From: Eledone cirrhosa
Taxonomy: Eukaryota
Reading direction: 5' to 3'
NCBI GenBank assembly: GCA_964016885.1
Contig: OZ024751.1
Coordinates: 46,748,001-46,812,000 of the forward strand
Length of the DNA: 64,000 nucleotides
Shown here: positions 14,885 to 29,006 of the stretch, in pieces
How positions within the stretch are numbered: the stretch's first letter is position 1
Layout of the letters: each line of letters starts with the position of its first letter
The notes under the pieces: generated by a model
Databases searched by the model: none
Told to the model about the DNA's origin: nothing
The model's input: only the letters and a program-made list of their open reading frames with translations
Made by a program: the position numbers and the translations under genes

Positions 14885-15350
14885 GTTCTTTGAGTCTCAG
14901 ACATTGATGTTATTTAACTGGAAAGTTTGTTGAAATGAATATCAAGCCACTACCTGCAGCCTCAGATATTCAGGACGTATCGGGCGGGACCAATTTTCTT
15001 TAACCATCCTTGGAAACTCTTTGAGATAGTCCCTAGTGTGCCTATGACAATCGGGACCACTTTGACCTCATGGCAGTTCCAAATCCTTTTTACCTCCCAC
15101 TTCAAGTCCTGGTATCGGTTAATTTTCTCCCTCTCCTTCTCTTGCACTCTCGTGTCGAATGGGCAGGCTACATCCACAATCAGGCACGATCTTTTTCCCT
15201 TGTCCAAAACCACCAGGTCAGGTCTATTGTGTCCAGTTTCTTGTCCGTCTGTATCCTAAAATCCCACAGCACCTTCACCTGATCGTTTTCTATCACCGAC
15301 TCTGGCTTATGCTCATACCACTTCTCAGAATGTGGTAAATTGTTTACTTT
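14885..15350 (-). mobile_element. R4/Dong-like non-LTR retrotransposon 3' fragment (restriction-like endonuclease domain)
   Basis: - strand encodes WYEHKPESVIENDQVKVLWDFRIQTD, then a frameshift, then HNRPDLVVLDKGKRSCLIVDVACPFD...EKINRYQDL...VVPIVIGTLG. This is the RPD...D...KxxKY RLE pattern. Flanked by (TAA)n on both sides. Confidence 0.85.
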
Positions 15351-15391
15351 GCATTATTATTATTATTATTATTATTATTTATTATTTCCAG

Positions 15392-15545
15392 TGCAATCCA
15401 CGAAAGCGACTTGTCTCTACTCCATCCCATTCGTATACCAACGCCATACGGTGGACGTCTTGTGTGGAACCTACCTGGAGGTAACCTACTTATTGTCCAC
15501 TTTAAGGACAGGGAAATGAGTCGCCACAAGAAGAGATGGTCTCAG
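15392..15545 (+). CDS. CHS: Chitin synthase exon
   Basis: ttccag|T GCA ATC...TCT CAG|gtcag. Encodes AIHESDLSLLHPIRIPTPYGGRLVWNLPGGNLLIVHFKDREMSRHKKRWSQ, with the TPYGGRL and RHKKRWSQ motifs. Confidence 0.95.
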
Positions 15546-15592
15546 GTCAGCAGTAGTTATTATTTGTTTGCGTGTATGTGTGTATGTGTGTA

Positions 15593-15621
<29 letters not shown>

Positions 15622-15623
<2 letters not shown>

Positions 15624-16037
15624 GGCCAACAACTGGTCCGTTTCTTCCGATATCATTTCGGAAGAAGGATCAGGATGGAGAGAGAGGTGCTGCACCCCAG
15701 CCGTTTCTATGAAAGATGGGTGAAAGTGGCGAGAATGGCCCGTGTGAATGGGCCTTCACTCTACATCAGACTATAGGTGAGGAAGATGAAAGACCAAGGG
15801 AGCACCCCTTCTCTGTGCTCCTGAGGAGAAGGGTTGCACACTTTTTTCGGGGGTGTGTGCGACCCCCCAAGGCGCCTCCTCTCTATTGAGGATTTTGTTA
15901 AAAATGTTATTTTTTGTTATATCTTATTTTATTTTTATATTTTGTTATTGCCTCCTCCTTATTGAGGACGCCTTTTTGTGTAAACTCCCCCCTTTGTACT
16001 TGTCCCACTTTTGATGCCCTAGTGGCAAATAAAAGAA

Positions 16038-16038
<1 letters not shown>
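15622..16038 (+). mobile_element. Tx1/L1-like LINE 3' end
   Basis: Terminal ORF remnant GQQLVRFFRYHFGRRIRMEREVLHPSRFYERWVKVA..., T-rich 3'UTR ending GTGGCAAATAAAAGAAA. Embedded in (TCTA)n on both sides. Clade assignment is by resemblance only. Confidence 0.6.
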
Positions 16039-16101
<63 letters not shown>

Positions 16102-16197
16102 GTCTATCTATCTATCTATCTATCTGTCTGTCTGTCTGTCTGTCTACATACCTACCTATATATCTATCCATCTATCTGTATATCTTCTTTCTATCCT

Positions 16198-16230
<33 letters not shown>

Positions 16231-16231
<1 letters not shown>

Positions 16232-16403
16232 ATATCAATAATATTAATAAATGGAAAATATCTTTATAAAACGATATTTTATATATAAAGATATTTTCCA
16301 TTTATTAATATTATTGATATTAATGATACTCTGGATTAAAACTGTTGAGTGCTTCTAATCTGTTGTAAAATTAACTTTGTTGAACAATCAACAAACCAAA
16401 TAA
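16231..16403 (+). mobile_element. Truncated copy of hammerhead fold-back family 1 (short hairpin plus tail)
   Basis: Palindrome 16231-16321 (aatatcaataatattaataaatggaaa.../...tttccatttattaatattattgatatt), followed by a tail homologous to 58794-58876 (tgttgagtgctt...caacaaa). Confidence 0.75.
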
Positions 16404-16409
16404 CTCATT

Positions 16410-16540
<131 letters not shown>

Positions 16541-16546
16541 CAGAGG

Positions 16547-16613
16547 CCCTTGAAATATGTATAATAAAATAAATATGGTTTCATAAATATAGTTTCCATT
16601 TATTAATATATTG
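16547..16613 (+). mobile_element. Fragment of family 1 (3' half of the hammerhead)
   Basis: cccttGAAA TATGTA TA ataaaata aatatggtttcataaatatagtttccattt, nearly identical to 58724-58790. Confidence 0.8.
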
Positions 16614-16650
16614 TATATATATATATATACACATATATATATATATATAT

Positions 16651-16752
<102 letters not shown>

Positions 16753-16767
16753 ATATATATCTTACAG

Positions 16768-16935
16768 GTGATGTATATGTACTACCTTCTCGGATATCGC
16801 CTGCTTGGTCAACAAGACGACAGCACACAAAACAACCAAAGTCAAGCTTCACAAAACGAGAAATGGAAACATTCTCCAGCACATTTCGTCAAAGGCAACC
16901 TTTTTAAAAATATTCCAGAAAAAACTCTTGTTCAG
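16768..16935 (+). CDS. CHS: Chitin synthase exon
   Basis: ttacag|GTG ATG TAT...GTT CAG|gtaat. 56 codons, [16 protein letters not shown]...EKTLVQ, continuing [12 protein letters not shown]. Phase 0/0. Confidence 0.93.
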
Positions 16936-16968
16936 GTAATTTTAGCTTTAAATAATATTTTTCTTCTC

Positions 16969-17090
16969 TATCCTTACGGGGTCGATAAAATAAAGTACCA
17001 GTAGCAAACTAGGGTTGATTTAATCGACCCCACCCCCCTCTCCCACCTGAAAAAAAAATTGTTGGCCTTGTTCATAAATCAGAAACAATA
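16969..17090 (+). mobile_element. SINE family A-related 3' fragment
   Basis: atccttacggggtcgataaaataaagtaccag...ttggccttg. Confidence 0.75.
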
Positions 17091-17387
17091 TTTAATGTAG
17101 GAGATGATTTAAGGAAGGACCTATAAGAAAACTGGAACGTTTCATTCAATATTTCATATTCGGTACAGTGTAGGTACAGTGTAGCTTCCCACAACTTGTG
17201 GTTCGTAGATCCTGCGCATCTACAGAAGTAGCGTTGTTGGAGATTTCGCAAGAGGGAATAATTCAAGTATTTTCTTAAAAAACATGTGCACATTCTATTC
17301 GGTATCCATTTTTTTTCTTTAGGTATAAATATTTCTCCCTTTCAATTAAATCTCACCATATAACAATCTGGAAGGTCCGTGGGATAA

Positions 17388-17577
17388 TAATTGTTTCTAC
17401 TTTTGGCACAAGGCCAGCAATTAACCCAGTATATTACTGGTAATTTATTTTATCGACCCCGTAAGGATGAAAGGCAAAGTTAATATCGGCGGGATTCGAA
17501 CTCTGAACGTAAAGGGCCGTAACTCCATGCTGCAAAGCATGGTGTCAGACCCTCTACCGATACTGCCGACAGCTCCT
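17388..17577 (-). mobile_element. SINE family A
   Basis: Full reverse-complement match to the 47279 copy. Confidence 0.9.
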
Positions 17578-17830
17578 TCATTAATGTCTTATATAATCAA
17601 TACAAGGATCGATATATCACCATTATGCAAAATACAGTTAGATAAAATGATTCTTGATCGATGTTGGCAGCCCCTTCCTTAGTGTTTTCTTATATAATCA
17701 ATATGTGGATCACTATATTGATTGGCTCTAATTAGGGCATCAGTTCGTCTTAATACGCCCTTGAATACTAAGCTTAAACAATGTCATTTCTATAATCCTA
17801 TATTACATGTCTTTCGTTCTTTGTTTCTAG

Positions 17831-17966
17831 GCAGAAAATACGTATATCTTGGCTCTTGACGGAGATGTAGACTTCAAACCTGGGGCTGTACAATTATTGG
17901 TGGACAGAATGAAGAAAAGCAAGAAAGTAGGGGCCGCTTGCGGTAGAATCCATCCTTCCGGTTCTG
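17831..17966 (+). CDS. CHS: Chitin synthase exon (DxD motif)
   Basis: ttctag|GCA GAA AAT...TCT G|gtcag. Encodes AENTYILALDGDVDFKPGAVQLLVDRMKKSKKVGAACGRIHPSGS. Confidence 0.95.
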
Positions 17967-18033
17967 GTCAGTTCAATCTCTTATCATTTCTTTATAATTT
18001 CAGTCTTTGTTTATTGTTCTTGTTCAACATGGC

Positions 18034-18140
<107 letters not shown>

Positions 18141-18149
18141 TATATATAC

Positions 18150-18928
18150 TCGTTTACTCTTTTACCCGTTCCAGCCATCCGGCTGAGGCCATGCTGGGGC
18201 ACCACCCTTGTTGCTACACATTCTATTTCCAGCATGTGTTAGCTGGCCATTGGTGTAAGAGAGAGATCGTTGCTGCTGCCCTTAGGTACCTTCGTACAGT
18301 GCTGTGGCCACCTGGGTAGCAGGGTGTCAAGATGTTTCTTGAAAACATTCACGTCCACACCATGCAGATCTCTCAAATTTCTTGGCTGCTTTGAACCCCA
18401 GGCTATTGCAATATCTGCTCCTTATTCTAGATGTGAAAGACGGGACCCTATGGCACCATAGAGTAACGTTATGTTCGACGGTTGGTCCAGCTCTCAATGC
18501 CAAAGTTTGGTGCTAGTCCTCAAGGATTTTCCATATGTATATCACTGTGTATCTCTCCCGTCTTCGTTCCAAGTAGTAGAGTTTCAGTTCTTTTAGCCTC
18601 TCCCAGTAGCTCATCTCCTTCATCGGGTCAATCCTCTTGGTATAGCTTCGTTGGATTGCCTCAAGCTCTGTGGTTAGTTTGATACAATGGGGTGATCAAG
18701 GGTGGAAGCAGTAGTCCAGGCTGCTTAGGACAAATGTCCTCCATAGTATCAACATGGTCTCTCGGACTCTTGTCCGGAAAGTCCTCAAGATCTAACCAGC
18801 GAGTCGTCTGCACATTGCTGCCACCCTCATGATGTGTAAATAAAAAGATGCATCATCCCTCATGTCTATCCCCAGGTCTCGTATCGATTTCGACACGGGG
18901 ATTTCGATCCTTCCTGGTCCGGTGTAGT
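18150..18928 (-). mobile_element. CR1/L2-group LINE, degenerate 3' ORF2 fragment
   Basis: - strand reads RDLGIDMRDDASFYLHIMRVAAMCRRLAG*ILRTFRTR...MLILWRTFVLSSLDYC, typical of the post-RT region. Contains stops and frameshifts. Confidence 0.75.
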
Positions 18929-19045
18929 TTGCTTAAACTTTAATCTGTTATTTTAATAAATATTTGCTCTAAGGTTCTTATATATTTGATATATATTTAT
19001 CCTTATCGAGCCTCTTTGGATTTTAGTCTTCACATTTATTATTAT

Positions 19046-19135
<90 letters not shown>

Positions 19136-19227
19136 AGCCTACTTGTTTGTTAATTAAATATGTGACCAACACATCCCTTTATATTTAAAATTTTTATCTA
19201 TTTTATTATTTATATATATTTATCTAG

Positions 19228-19428
19228 GACCCATTGTATGGTATCAGATCTTCGAATATGCCATTGGCCATTGGCTCCAAAAGGCAGCCGAACATATGCT
19301 TGGTTGTGTTCTTTGCAGTCCTGGATGTTTCAGTTTGTTCCGAGGATCTGCTCTTATGGACGATAACGTCATGCGAACCTACGCCACCCGCTCAACCGTA
19401 GCCAGACACTATCTTCAATATGATCAAG
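19228..19428 (+). CDS. CHS: Chitin synthase exon
   Basis: atctag|GA CCC ATT...CAA G|gtatg. Encodes (G)PIVWYQIFEYAIGHWLQKAAEHMLGCVLCSPGCFSLFRGSALMDDNVMRTYATRSTVARHYLQYDQ(G), with the QxFEY and CSPGCFSLFR motifs. Confidence 0.97.
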
Positions 19429-19462
19429 GTATGTACGTTATATGTTTACTATTGCTGCTACT

Positions 19463-20100
19463 AAGGCGGCGAATTGTCAGAGTTGTTAGAACGTCAGATA
19501 GAATGAGTTGCCGTATTCATTTCCGTTCTCTGTTCTCTGAGTTCAAATCCCGCCGAGGTCAAATTTGTCTTTCATCCATTGAAGGTCAATAAAAAAAGTA
19601 CCAGTCAATAATGAGGTCGATTCTTCCTCTATATCTCTTTCATACTTCCATTCTCTTTATCTCTATCCTTCTCTGTGAAGGTACATGGCTGAGTGGTTAG
19701 AGAATTGGATTCACAATCTTGAGGCTGTAAGTTCGATTCCTGGACCGGGTGGTGCGTTATGTCCTTGAGCAAGACACTTTATTTCACTTTGCTCCTTCTA
19801 CCTGGAGTTGCGACCAATAGATAGTACTAGCAACTGGAAAGACCGACGAAAACATTGTTTCCTCGGTCCGATTTGACGAAAGTCGATCGATTCTTTTTTC
19901 TCTGGAAGAAATCTGCTGTATTCAGACCTGGAGAGAGATGGGCTTCGCCTGGTGCTCTCTTTTTATTGATATTTGTAAATATTCTATTATTGTTAAACCT
20001 ACAATATCTTGGGTCCTTGTGGCAAATAAATGTGAATCATCATTATCATAAGGACAAATGGAAGGGGAATTATTTTTGATTTTTGAAATATTTAATTTCT
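19463..20100 (+). mobile_element. Composite SINE block (A-related SINE + SINE B + about 200 bp tail), copy 1
   Basis: Colinear and highly similar to 45776-46630. Confidence 0.85.
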
Positions 20101-20311
20101 ATCATTCTCTGAAAGAAATCTGCTGTATTCAGACATGGAAAGGTTTGGGCTTCGTCAGGTTTAATAAATGCCCTAGAAACACCGTATACTAATACGGCGC
20201 CACTAGGAGTTAGGGGACCATGTATGCATGCATTGCTGCTACTGCTACTGCTACTGCTATTATTTGTTGTTTTCCTTATACTGTTGGCATTTTTGCAGCT
20301 TGGTGGTTAGG

Positions 20312-23300
20312 GGATATGTATATATACATGTATATATGTGTGTGTATATATGTATGAATGGATGGATATGTATATATACATGTATATATGTGTGTATATA
20401 TGTATGAATGGATGGATATGTATATATACATGTATATATGTGTGTGTATATATGTATGAATGGATGGATATGTATATATACATGTATATATGTGTGTGTA
20501 TATATGTATGAATGGATGGATATGTATATATACATGTATATATGTGTGTGTATATATGTGTGTGTATATATGTATGAATGGATGGATATGTATATATACA
20601 TGTATATATGTGTGTGTATATATGTATGAATGGATGGATATGTATATATACATGTATATATGTGTGTGTATATATGTATGAATGGATGGATATGTATATA
20701 TACATGTATATATGTGTGTGTATATATGTATGAATGGATGGATATGTATATATACATGTATATATGTGTGTGTATATATGTATGAATGGATGGATATGTA
20801 TATATACATGTATATATGTGTGTGTATATATGTATGAATGGATGGATATGTATATATACATGTATATATGTGTGTGTATATATGTGTGTGTATATATGTA
20901 TGAATGGATGGATATGTATATATACATGTATATATGTGTGTGTATATATGTATGAATGGATGGATATGTATATATACATGTATATATGTGTGTGTATATA
21001 TGTATGAATGGATGGATATGTATATATACATTGTATATATGTGTGTGTATATATGTATGAATGGATGGATATGTATATATACATGTATATATGTGTGTGT
21101 ATATATGTATGAATGGATGGATATGTATATATACATTGTATATATGTGTGTGTATATATGTATGAATGGATGGATATGTATATATACATGTAGATATGTG
21201 TGTGTATATATGTGTGTGTATATATGTATGAATGGATGGATATGTATATATACATTGTATATATGTGTGTGTATATATGTATGAATGGATGGATATGTAT
21301 ATATACATGTATATATGTGTGTGTATATATGTGTGTGTATATATGTATGAATGGATGGATATGTATATATACATTGTATATATGTGTGTGTATATATGTA
21401 TGAATGGATGGATATGTATATATACATGTAGATATGTGTGTGTATATATGTGTGTGTATATATGTATGAATGGATGGATATGTATATATACATTGTATAT
21501 ATGTGTGTGTATATATGTATGAATGGATGGATATGTTTATATACATGTATATATGTGTGTGTATATATGTGTGTGTATATATGTATGAATGGATGGATAT
21601 GTATATATACATTGTATATATGTGTGTGTATATATGTATGAATGGATGGATATGTATATATACATGTATATATGTGTGTGTATATATGTATGAATGGATG
21701 GATATGTATATATACATTGTATATATGTGTGTGTATATATGTATGAATGGATGGATATGTATATATACATGTATATATGTGTGTGTATATATGTATGAAT
21801 GGATGGATATGTTTATATACATGTATATATGTGTGTGTATATATGTATGAATGGATGGATATGTATATATACATGTATATATGTGTGTGTATATATGTAT
21901 GAATGGATGGATATGTATATATACATGTATATGTGTGTGTATATATGTATGAATGGATGGATATGTATATATACATTGTATATATGTGTGTGTATATATG
22001 TATGAATGGATGGATATGTATATATACATGTATATATATGTGTGTATATATGTATGAATGGATGGATATGTATATATACATGTATATATGTGTGTGTATA
22101 TATGTATGAATGGATGGATATGTTTATATACATGTATATATGTGTGTGTATATATGTGTGTGTATATATGTATGAATGGATGGATATGTATATATACATT
22201 GTATATATGTGTGTGTATATATGTATGAATGGATGGATATGTATATATACATGTATATATGTGTGTGTATATATGTATGAATGGATGGATATGTTTATAT
22301 ACATGTATATGTGTGTGTATATATGTATGAATGGATGGATATGTATATATACATTGTATATATGTGTGTGTATATATGTATGAATGGATGGATATGTATA
22401 TATACATTGTATATATGTGTGTGTATATATGTATGAATGGATGGATATGTATATATACATGTATATATGTGTGTGTATATATGTATGAATGGATGGATAT
22501 GTATATATACATTGTATATATGTGTGTGTATATATGTATGAATGGATGGATATGTTTATATACATGTATATATGTGTGTGTATATATGTATGAATGGATG
22601 GATATGTATATATACATGTATATATGTGTGTGTATATATGTATGAATGGATGGATATGTTTATATACATGTATATATGTGTGTGTATATATGTATGAATG
22701 GATGGATATGTATATATACATGTATATATGTGTGTGTATATATGTATGAATGGATGGATATGTATATATACATGTATATATGTGTGTGTATATATGTATG
22801 AATGGATGCATATGTATATATACATGTATATATATGTGTGTATATATGTATGAATGGATGGATATGTATATATACATGTATATATGTGTGTGTATATATG
22901 TATGTGTATATATGTATGAATGGATGGATATGTATATATACATGTATATATGTGTGTGTATATATGTATGAATGGATGGATATGTATATATACATTGTAT
23001 ATATGTGTGTGTATATATGTATGAATGGATGGATATGTATATATACATGTATATATGTGTGTGTATATATGTGTGTGTATATATGTATGAATGGATGGAT
23101 ATGTATATATACATGTATATATGTGTGTGTATATGTGTATGAATGGATGGATATGTTTATATACATGTATATATGTGTGTGTATATATGTATGAATGGAT
23201 GGATATGTATATATACATGTATATATGTGTGTGTATATGTGTATGAATGGATGGATATGTTTATATACATGTATATATGTGTGTGTATATATGTATGAAT

Positions 23301-25749
23301 GGATGGATATGTATATATACATGTATATATGTGTGTGTATATATGTATGAATGGATGGATATGTATATATACATGTATATATGTGTGTGTATATATGTAT
23401 GAATGGATGGATATGTATATATACATTGTATATATGTGTGTGTATATATGTATGAATGGATGGATATGTTTATATACATGTATATATGTGTGTGTATATA
23501 TGTATGAATGGATGGATATGTATATATACATGTATATATGTGTGTGTATATATATATGAATGGATGGATATGTATATATACATGTATATATGTGTGTGTA
23601 TATATGTATGAATGGATGGATATGTATATATACATTGTATATATGTGTGTGTATATATGTATGAATGGATGGATATGTATATATACATGTATATATGTGT
23701 GTGTATATATGTGTGTGTATATATGTATGAATGGATGGATATGTATATATACATTGTATATATGTATGTGTATATATGTATGAATGGATGGATATGTATA
23801 TATACATGTATATATGTGTGTGTATATATGTATGAATGGATGGATATGTATATATACATGTATATATGTGTGTGTATATATGTATGAATGGATGGATATG
23901 TATATATACATGTATATATGTGTGTGTATATATATGTATGAATGGATGGATATGTATATATACATGTATATATGTGTGTGTATATATATGTATGAATGGA
24001 TGGATATGTATATATACATGTATATATGTGTGTGTATATATGTATGAATGGATGGATATGTATATATACATGTATATATGTGTGTGTATATATGTATGAA
24101 TGGATGGATATGTATATATACATGTATATATGTGTGTGTATATATGTATGAATGGATGGATATGTATATATACATGTGTATATGTGTGTGTATATATATG
24201 TATGAATGGATGGATATGTATATATACATGTATATATGTGTGTGTATATATGTATGAATGGATGGATATGTATATATACATGTATATATGTGTGTGTATA
24301 TATGTATGAATGGATGGATATGTATATATACATGTATATATGTGTGTGTATATATGTATGAATGGATGGATATGTATATATACATGTATATATGTGTGTG
24401 TATATATGTATGAATGGATGGATATGTATATATACATGTATATATGTGTGTGTATATATGTATGAATGGATGGATATGTATATATACATTGTATATATGT
24501 GTGTGTATATATGTATGAATGGATGGATATGTATATATACATTGTATATATGTGTGTGTATATATGTATGAATGGATGGATATGTATATATACATGTATA
24601 TATGTGTGTGTATATATGTATGAATGGATGGATATGTATATATACATTGTATATATGTGTGTGTATATATGTATGAATGGATGGATATGTATATATACAT
24701 GTATATATGTGTGTGTATATATGTATGAATGGATGGATATGTATATATACATGTATATATGTGTGTGTATATATGTATGAATGGATGGATATGTATATAT
24801 ACATGTATATATGTGTGTGTATATATGTATGAATGGATGGATATGTATATATACATGTATATATGTGTGTGTATATATGTATGAATGGATGGATATGTAT
24901 ATATACATGTATATATGTGTGTGTATATATGTATGAATGGATGGATATGTTTATATACATGTATATATGTGTGTGTATATATGTATGAATGGATGGATAT
25001 GTTTATATACATGTATATATGTGTGTGTATATATGTGTGTGTATATATGTATGAATGGATGGATATGTATATATACATGTATATATGTGTGTGTATATAT
25101 GTGTGTGTATATATGTATGAATGGATGGATATGTATATATACATGTATATATGTGTGTGTATATATGTATGAATGGATGGATATGTATATATACATTGTA
25201 TATATGTGTGTGTATATATGTATGAATGGATGGATATGTATATATACATGTATATATGTGTGTGTATATATGTGTGTGTATATATGTATGAATGGATGGA
25301 TATGTATATATACATGTATATATGTGTGTGTATATATGTATGAATGGATGGATATGTATATATACATGTATATATGTGTGTGTATATATGTATGAATGGA
25401 TGGATATGTATATATACATGTATATATGTGTGTGTATATATGTATGAATGGATGGATATGTATATATACATGTATATATGTGTGTGTATATATGTATGAA
25501 TGGATGGATATGTTTATATACATGTATATATGTGTGTGTATATATGTATGAATGGATGGATATGTTTATATACATGTATATATGTGTGTGTATATATGTG
25601 TGTGTATATATGTATGAATGGATGGATATGTATATATACATGTATATATGTGTGTGTATATATGTGTGTGTATATATGTATGAATGGATGGATATGTATA
25701 TATACATGTATATATGTGTGTGTATATATGTATGCATGGATGGATATGT
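20312..25749. repeat. 52-bp minisatellite, about 5.4 kb
   Basis: Unit GGATATGTATATATACATGTATATATGTGTGTGTATATATGTATGAATGGAT, about 100 copies with 53- and 66-bp variants. Lies in the last CHS intron. Confidence 0.98.
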
Positions 25750-25847
25750 AAGTCCTTACGCTGTCGCAAAGGCGCCGTAATAACATATATGTTAGTAGTA
25801 GTAGTAGAAGATATATTTTTGATTTTCTCTATTATTTTTCTTATCAG

Positions 25848-27922
25848 GTGAGGATCGATGGTTGAGTACTTTACTCCTGCAACAGGGTTACCGTGTTGAG
25901 TACTGTGCCGCTTCAGACGCCATGACCCAAACTCCGGAAGGATTCAAAGAGTTCTTCAATCAACGTCGTCGTTGGATTCCTTCGACACTAGCCAACATCA
26001 TGGATCTTCTACAGAGCTATCGAACCACAGTGAAAATGAACGATAATATTTCTTATCTCTACATCGCCTATCAAGCTTCACTCATGCTTTCCACAACGTT
26101 AGGACCTGCAACCGTTTTGTTGATGATGGCTGGTGCCTTCAACGCTGTGTTAAAAACCAGTTTATGGCAGTCCTACTTATTAGCCGTGGGGCCAGCTGTC
26201 ATCTATCTCATCCTTTGTTTCATTCTAAAGAGCGAACACCAAGTAACAATTGCCGCCATTCAGAGCGCCATTTATGCTCTCTTTATGATGTCTGTGATAG
26301 TTGGAACTATGGTTCAAATTGTTGAAGATTCACTAATCAGTCCCAACGCTATATTCTTTTTCATGTTGCTAGCGATATTTACGATATCGGCGTGTTTTCA
26401 CCCTCAAGAGTTCTTATGTTTGCTACCTGGTGCTCTTTACTTCCTTTGTATTCCATCTGGTTACGTGCTCCTCATCATATATGCCATGTGCAATATGCAT
26501 GTCGTCTCCTGGGGAACGAGAGAAAAAGCAGTGCAGCCAAGCAGCGGTCCCGAAGATGAAAAGGGAAAAGTGTCACGGAACAACAGTTTCATGAAATGGC
26601 TTGGTCGTAAAGAGGAGGAAGATTCTTGTTGTCCGTGTATCACTGGTTTCTTTCGACGTTTATGCGGTTGCCGTTCCCATGCGGACATGAGCAACGAGAT
26701 CCTCCGGCAGGTGATGGAGAAACTAGACAAAGTGGAAGCTGGAATTAAAATGACTAGTACAAGTTCAAACATCGGTCACACCCGTCGACGCAGGTCGTCA
26801 TCGCGGTCTCGTCGTTCAAATATTGGAAATATTGAAGAAGCAAATATAGAAAATGACGACAGTGATGTTGATACGAGCAGCACTGAAAACGATATAGATT
26901 TGGACGAAATTAGGGATCCTTTTGTGAACCCACTTTGGCTTGAAGACCAGGAAATGGGTAACGGAGAAATTCAATACCTGCCTGGGAGAGAGGTGGAGTT
27001 TTGGCAACAATGTATCGCGAAATATTTGGCACCAATACCTTTCGATAAAAATCATCATATACAAATGTCAACGGATCTCAGATCGATGCGAAACAATGTC
27101 GCTTTTGCTTTCTTCATGTTAAACGCCTTTTGGATGATAATAATATTCATGCTTCAAAGTGTCAAAGAGAAAATCAGCGTACCAATTCCAAGACCAGACG
27201 CCGAACCGTTGTTGATCGAACCACTTGGCTTGATTTTCCTTGTATTCTTTGCTTTCATCCTCATCCTGCAGTTCGGTGCCATGTTACGGCATCGATACGG
27301 AACACTTCTTCACATTTTGGCATCGACGGAAATTCGATGTTGTCGAAAACGATTCGATCCGAAGAAACATATTGAAGAAGCTGTTGAATACGCGAGAGTT
27401 CTCCAGCGTCTCTACGGAATTGACGATGACACGGATCAAGATTTGGATTTCTCCATTTCCCAAGACACTAGAGTAGTCCGACCAGGTAACAATGCCATTA
27501 ACAGTTTACCAATGTTGACAAGCAGTCCAGCGGCGGGTGGTTGTGACTCCACACGAACAACCATTACATTGATGTCTAGTCTAGAGAAATCTATGCCACA
27601 GGCATTCGACAACATCAACTGTCGCAAAGAAGATATGAGGTCGAGTTACTCGGAGATGTCTGACACGAAAGAAGTAGAAGTAGCAAAGTTGCCGCCTTCT
27701 AGAAGGGCACCACACAGACATAAAGGTAGACACACAGGTAAAAACAGTACTCTGAGACGGGCGTTCGTTCGCAGATACACGAAACTAATGAGAGAACAGA
27801 CTTCACAGAGCTTGTCAGCGGCAACGGGTGGTCGAGAGACCAGACCAAGCCATCCGTCAATATTACCAGCCAAAGACAGCGGTGATGAATACATTCCACA
27901 ATTCAATCAACTGAACAGATGA
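25848..27922 (+). CDS. CHS: Chitin synthase terminal coding exon (GEDR, QRRRW, TM cluster, SWGTRE, C-terminal tail)
   Basis: ttatcag|GT GAG GAT CGA TGG gives (G)[14 protein letters not shown]. Contains QRRRW, several hydrophobic helices, VSWGTRE and [19 protein letters not shown]. Open for 2075 bp to the TGA ending at 27922. Confidence 0.97.
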
Positions 27923-28131
27923 TAAGTTGAACAGATTTCAACGAATTTCCGAATCTGGGAGAAAATATACAGCAATCGTGTTAAAACAATCAACAAACGA
28001 TGATGTGATTTATATATATATATACATATACATACACACACACACACACATATATATATATGGATGTGTGTGCATGTACATATATATGTATGTATATATA
28101 TACATATATATACATACATACTTGCATATAT

Positions 28132-28169
<38 letters not shown>

Positions 28170-28214
28170 GTGTGTGTGTATGTGTATATATATATATATG
28201 TGTGTGTGTGTATG

Positions 28215-28247
<33 letters not shown>

Positions 28248-28415
28248 ATGTATATATATATATATACATATATATATACATATATATATATATATACATA
28301 TATATACATATATATATATACATATATATATATATATGTATATATATATGTGTATATATATATATATATATATACATATATATTTATATATATACATATA
28401 TATATACATATATAT

Positions 28416-28463
<48 letters not shown>

Positions 28464-28824
28464 ATGTGTGTAAGTGTGTGTGTAAGTGCATATGCATGTC
28501 TGTAAGTGAGTGTGTACATATCTCAATTATATTCATACATATATATATATATATATATATACATATACATACACACGTACACAGGCACACATATATATAC
28601 ATACATACATATACACATGCATACATACATATATTTACGCCCCTCAAAAGATATATTGATACATAACTACACAATAATTGCAAATTATTTATATAATACA
28701 TATGTATATTACCACACAAAGATTTAATACAAGTGAATTATATAATTATATATATATGAATGCATATATTTGCAAATATATATATTTACATATATCTAAT
28801 TATATATATCTAATTGTATGTATA

Positions 28825-28882
<58 letters not shown>

Positions 28883-28918
28883 CACAGGCACATATATATA
28901 CATATATATATACATACA

Positions 28919-29006
<88 letters not shown>

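Noticed and set aside
20260-25786. Many long Tyr/Ile/His-rich ORFs and a CRISPR-like periodic appearance
   Set aside because: Pure 52-bp tandem repeat without unique spacers, in a eukaryotic intron.
25862-27922. Stand-alone 686-aa gene starting at TTG
   Set aside because: It is the last exon of the spliced CHS. The true exon starts at 25848 after an AG acceptor.
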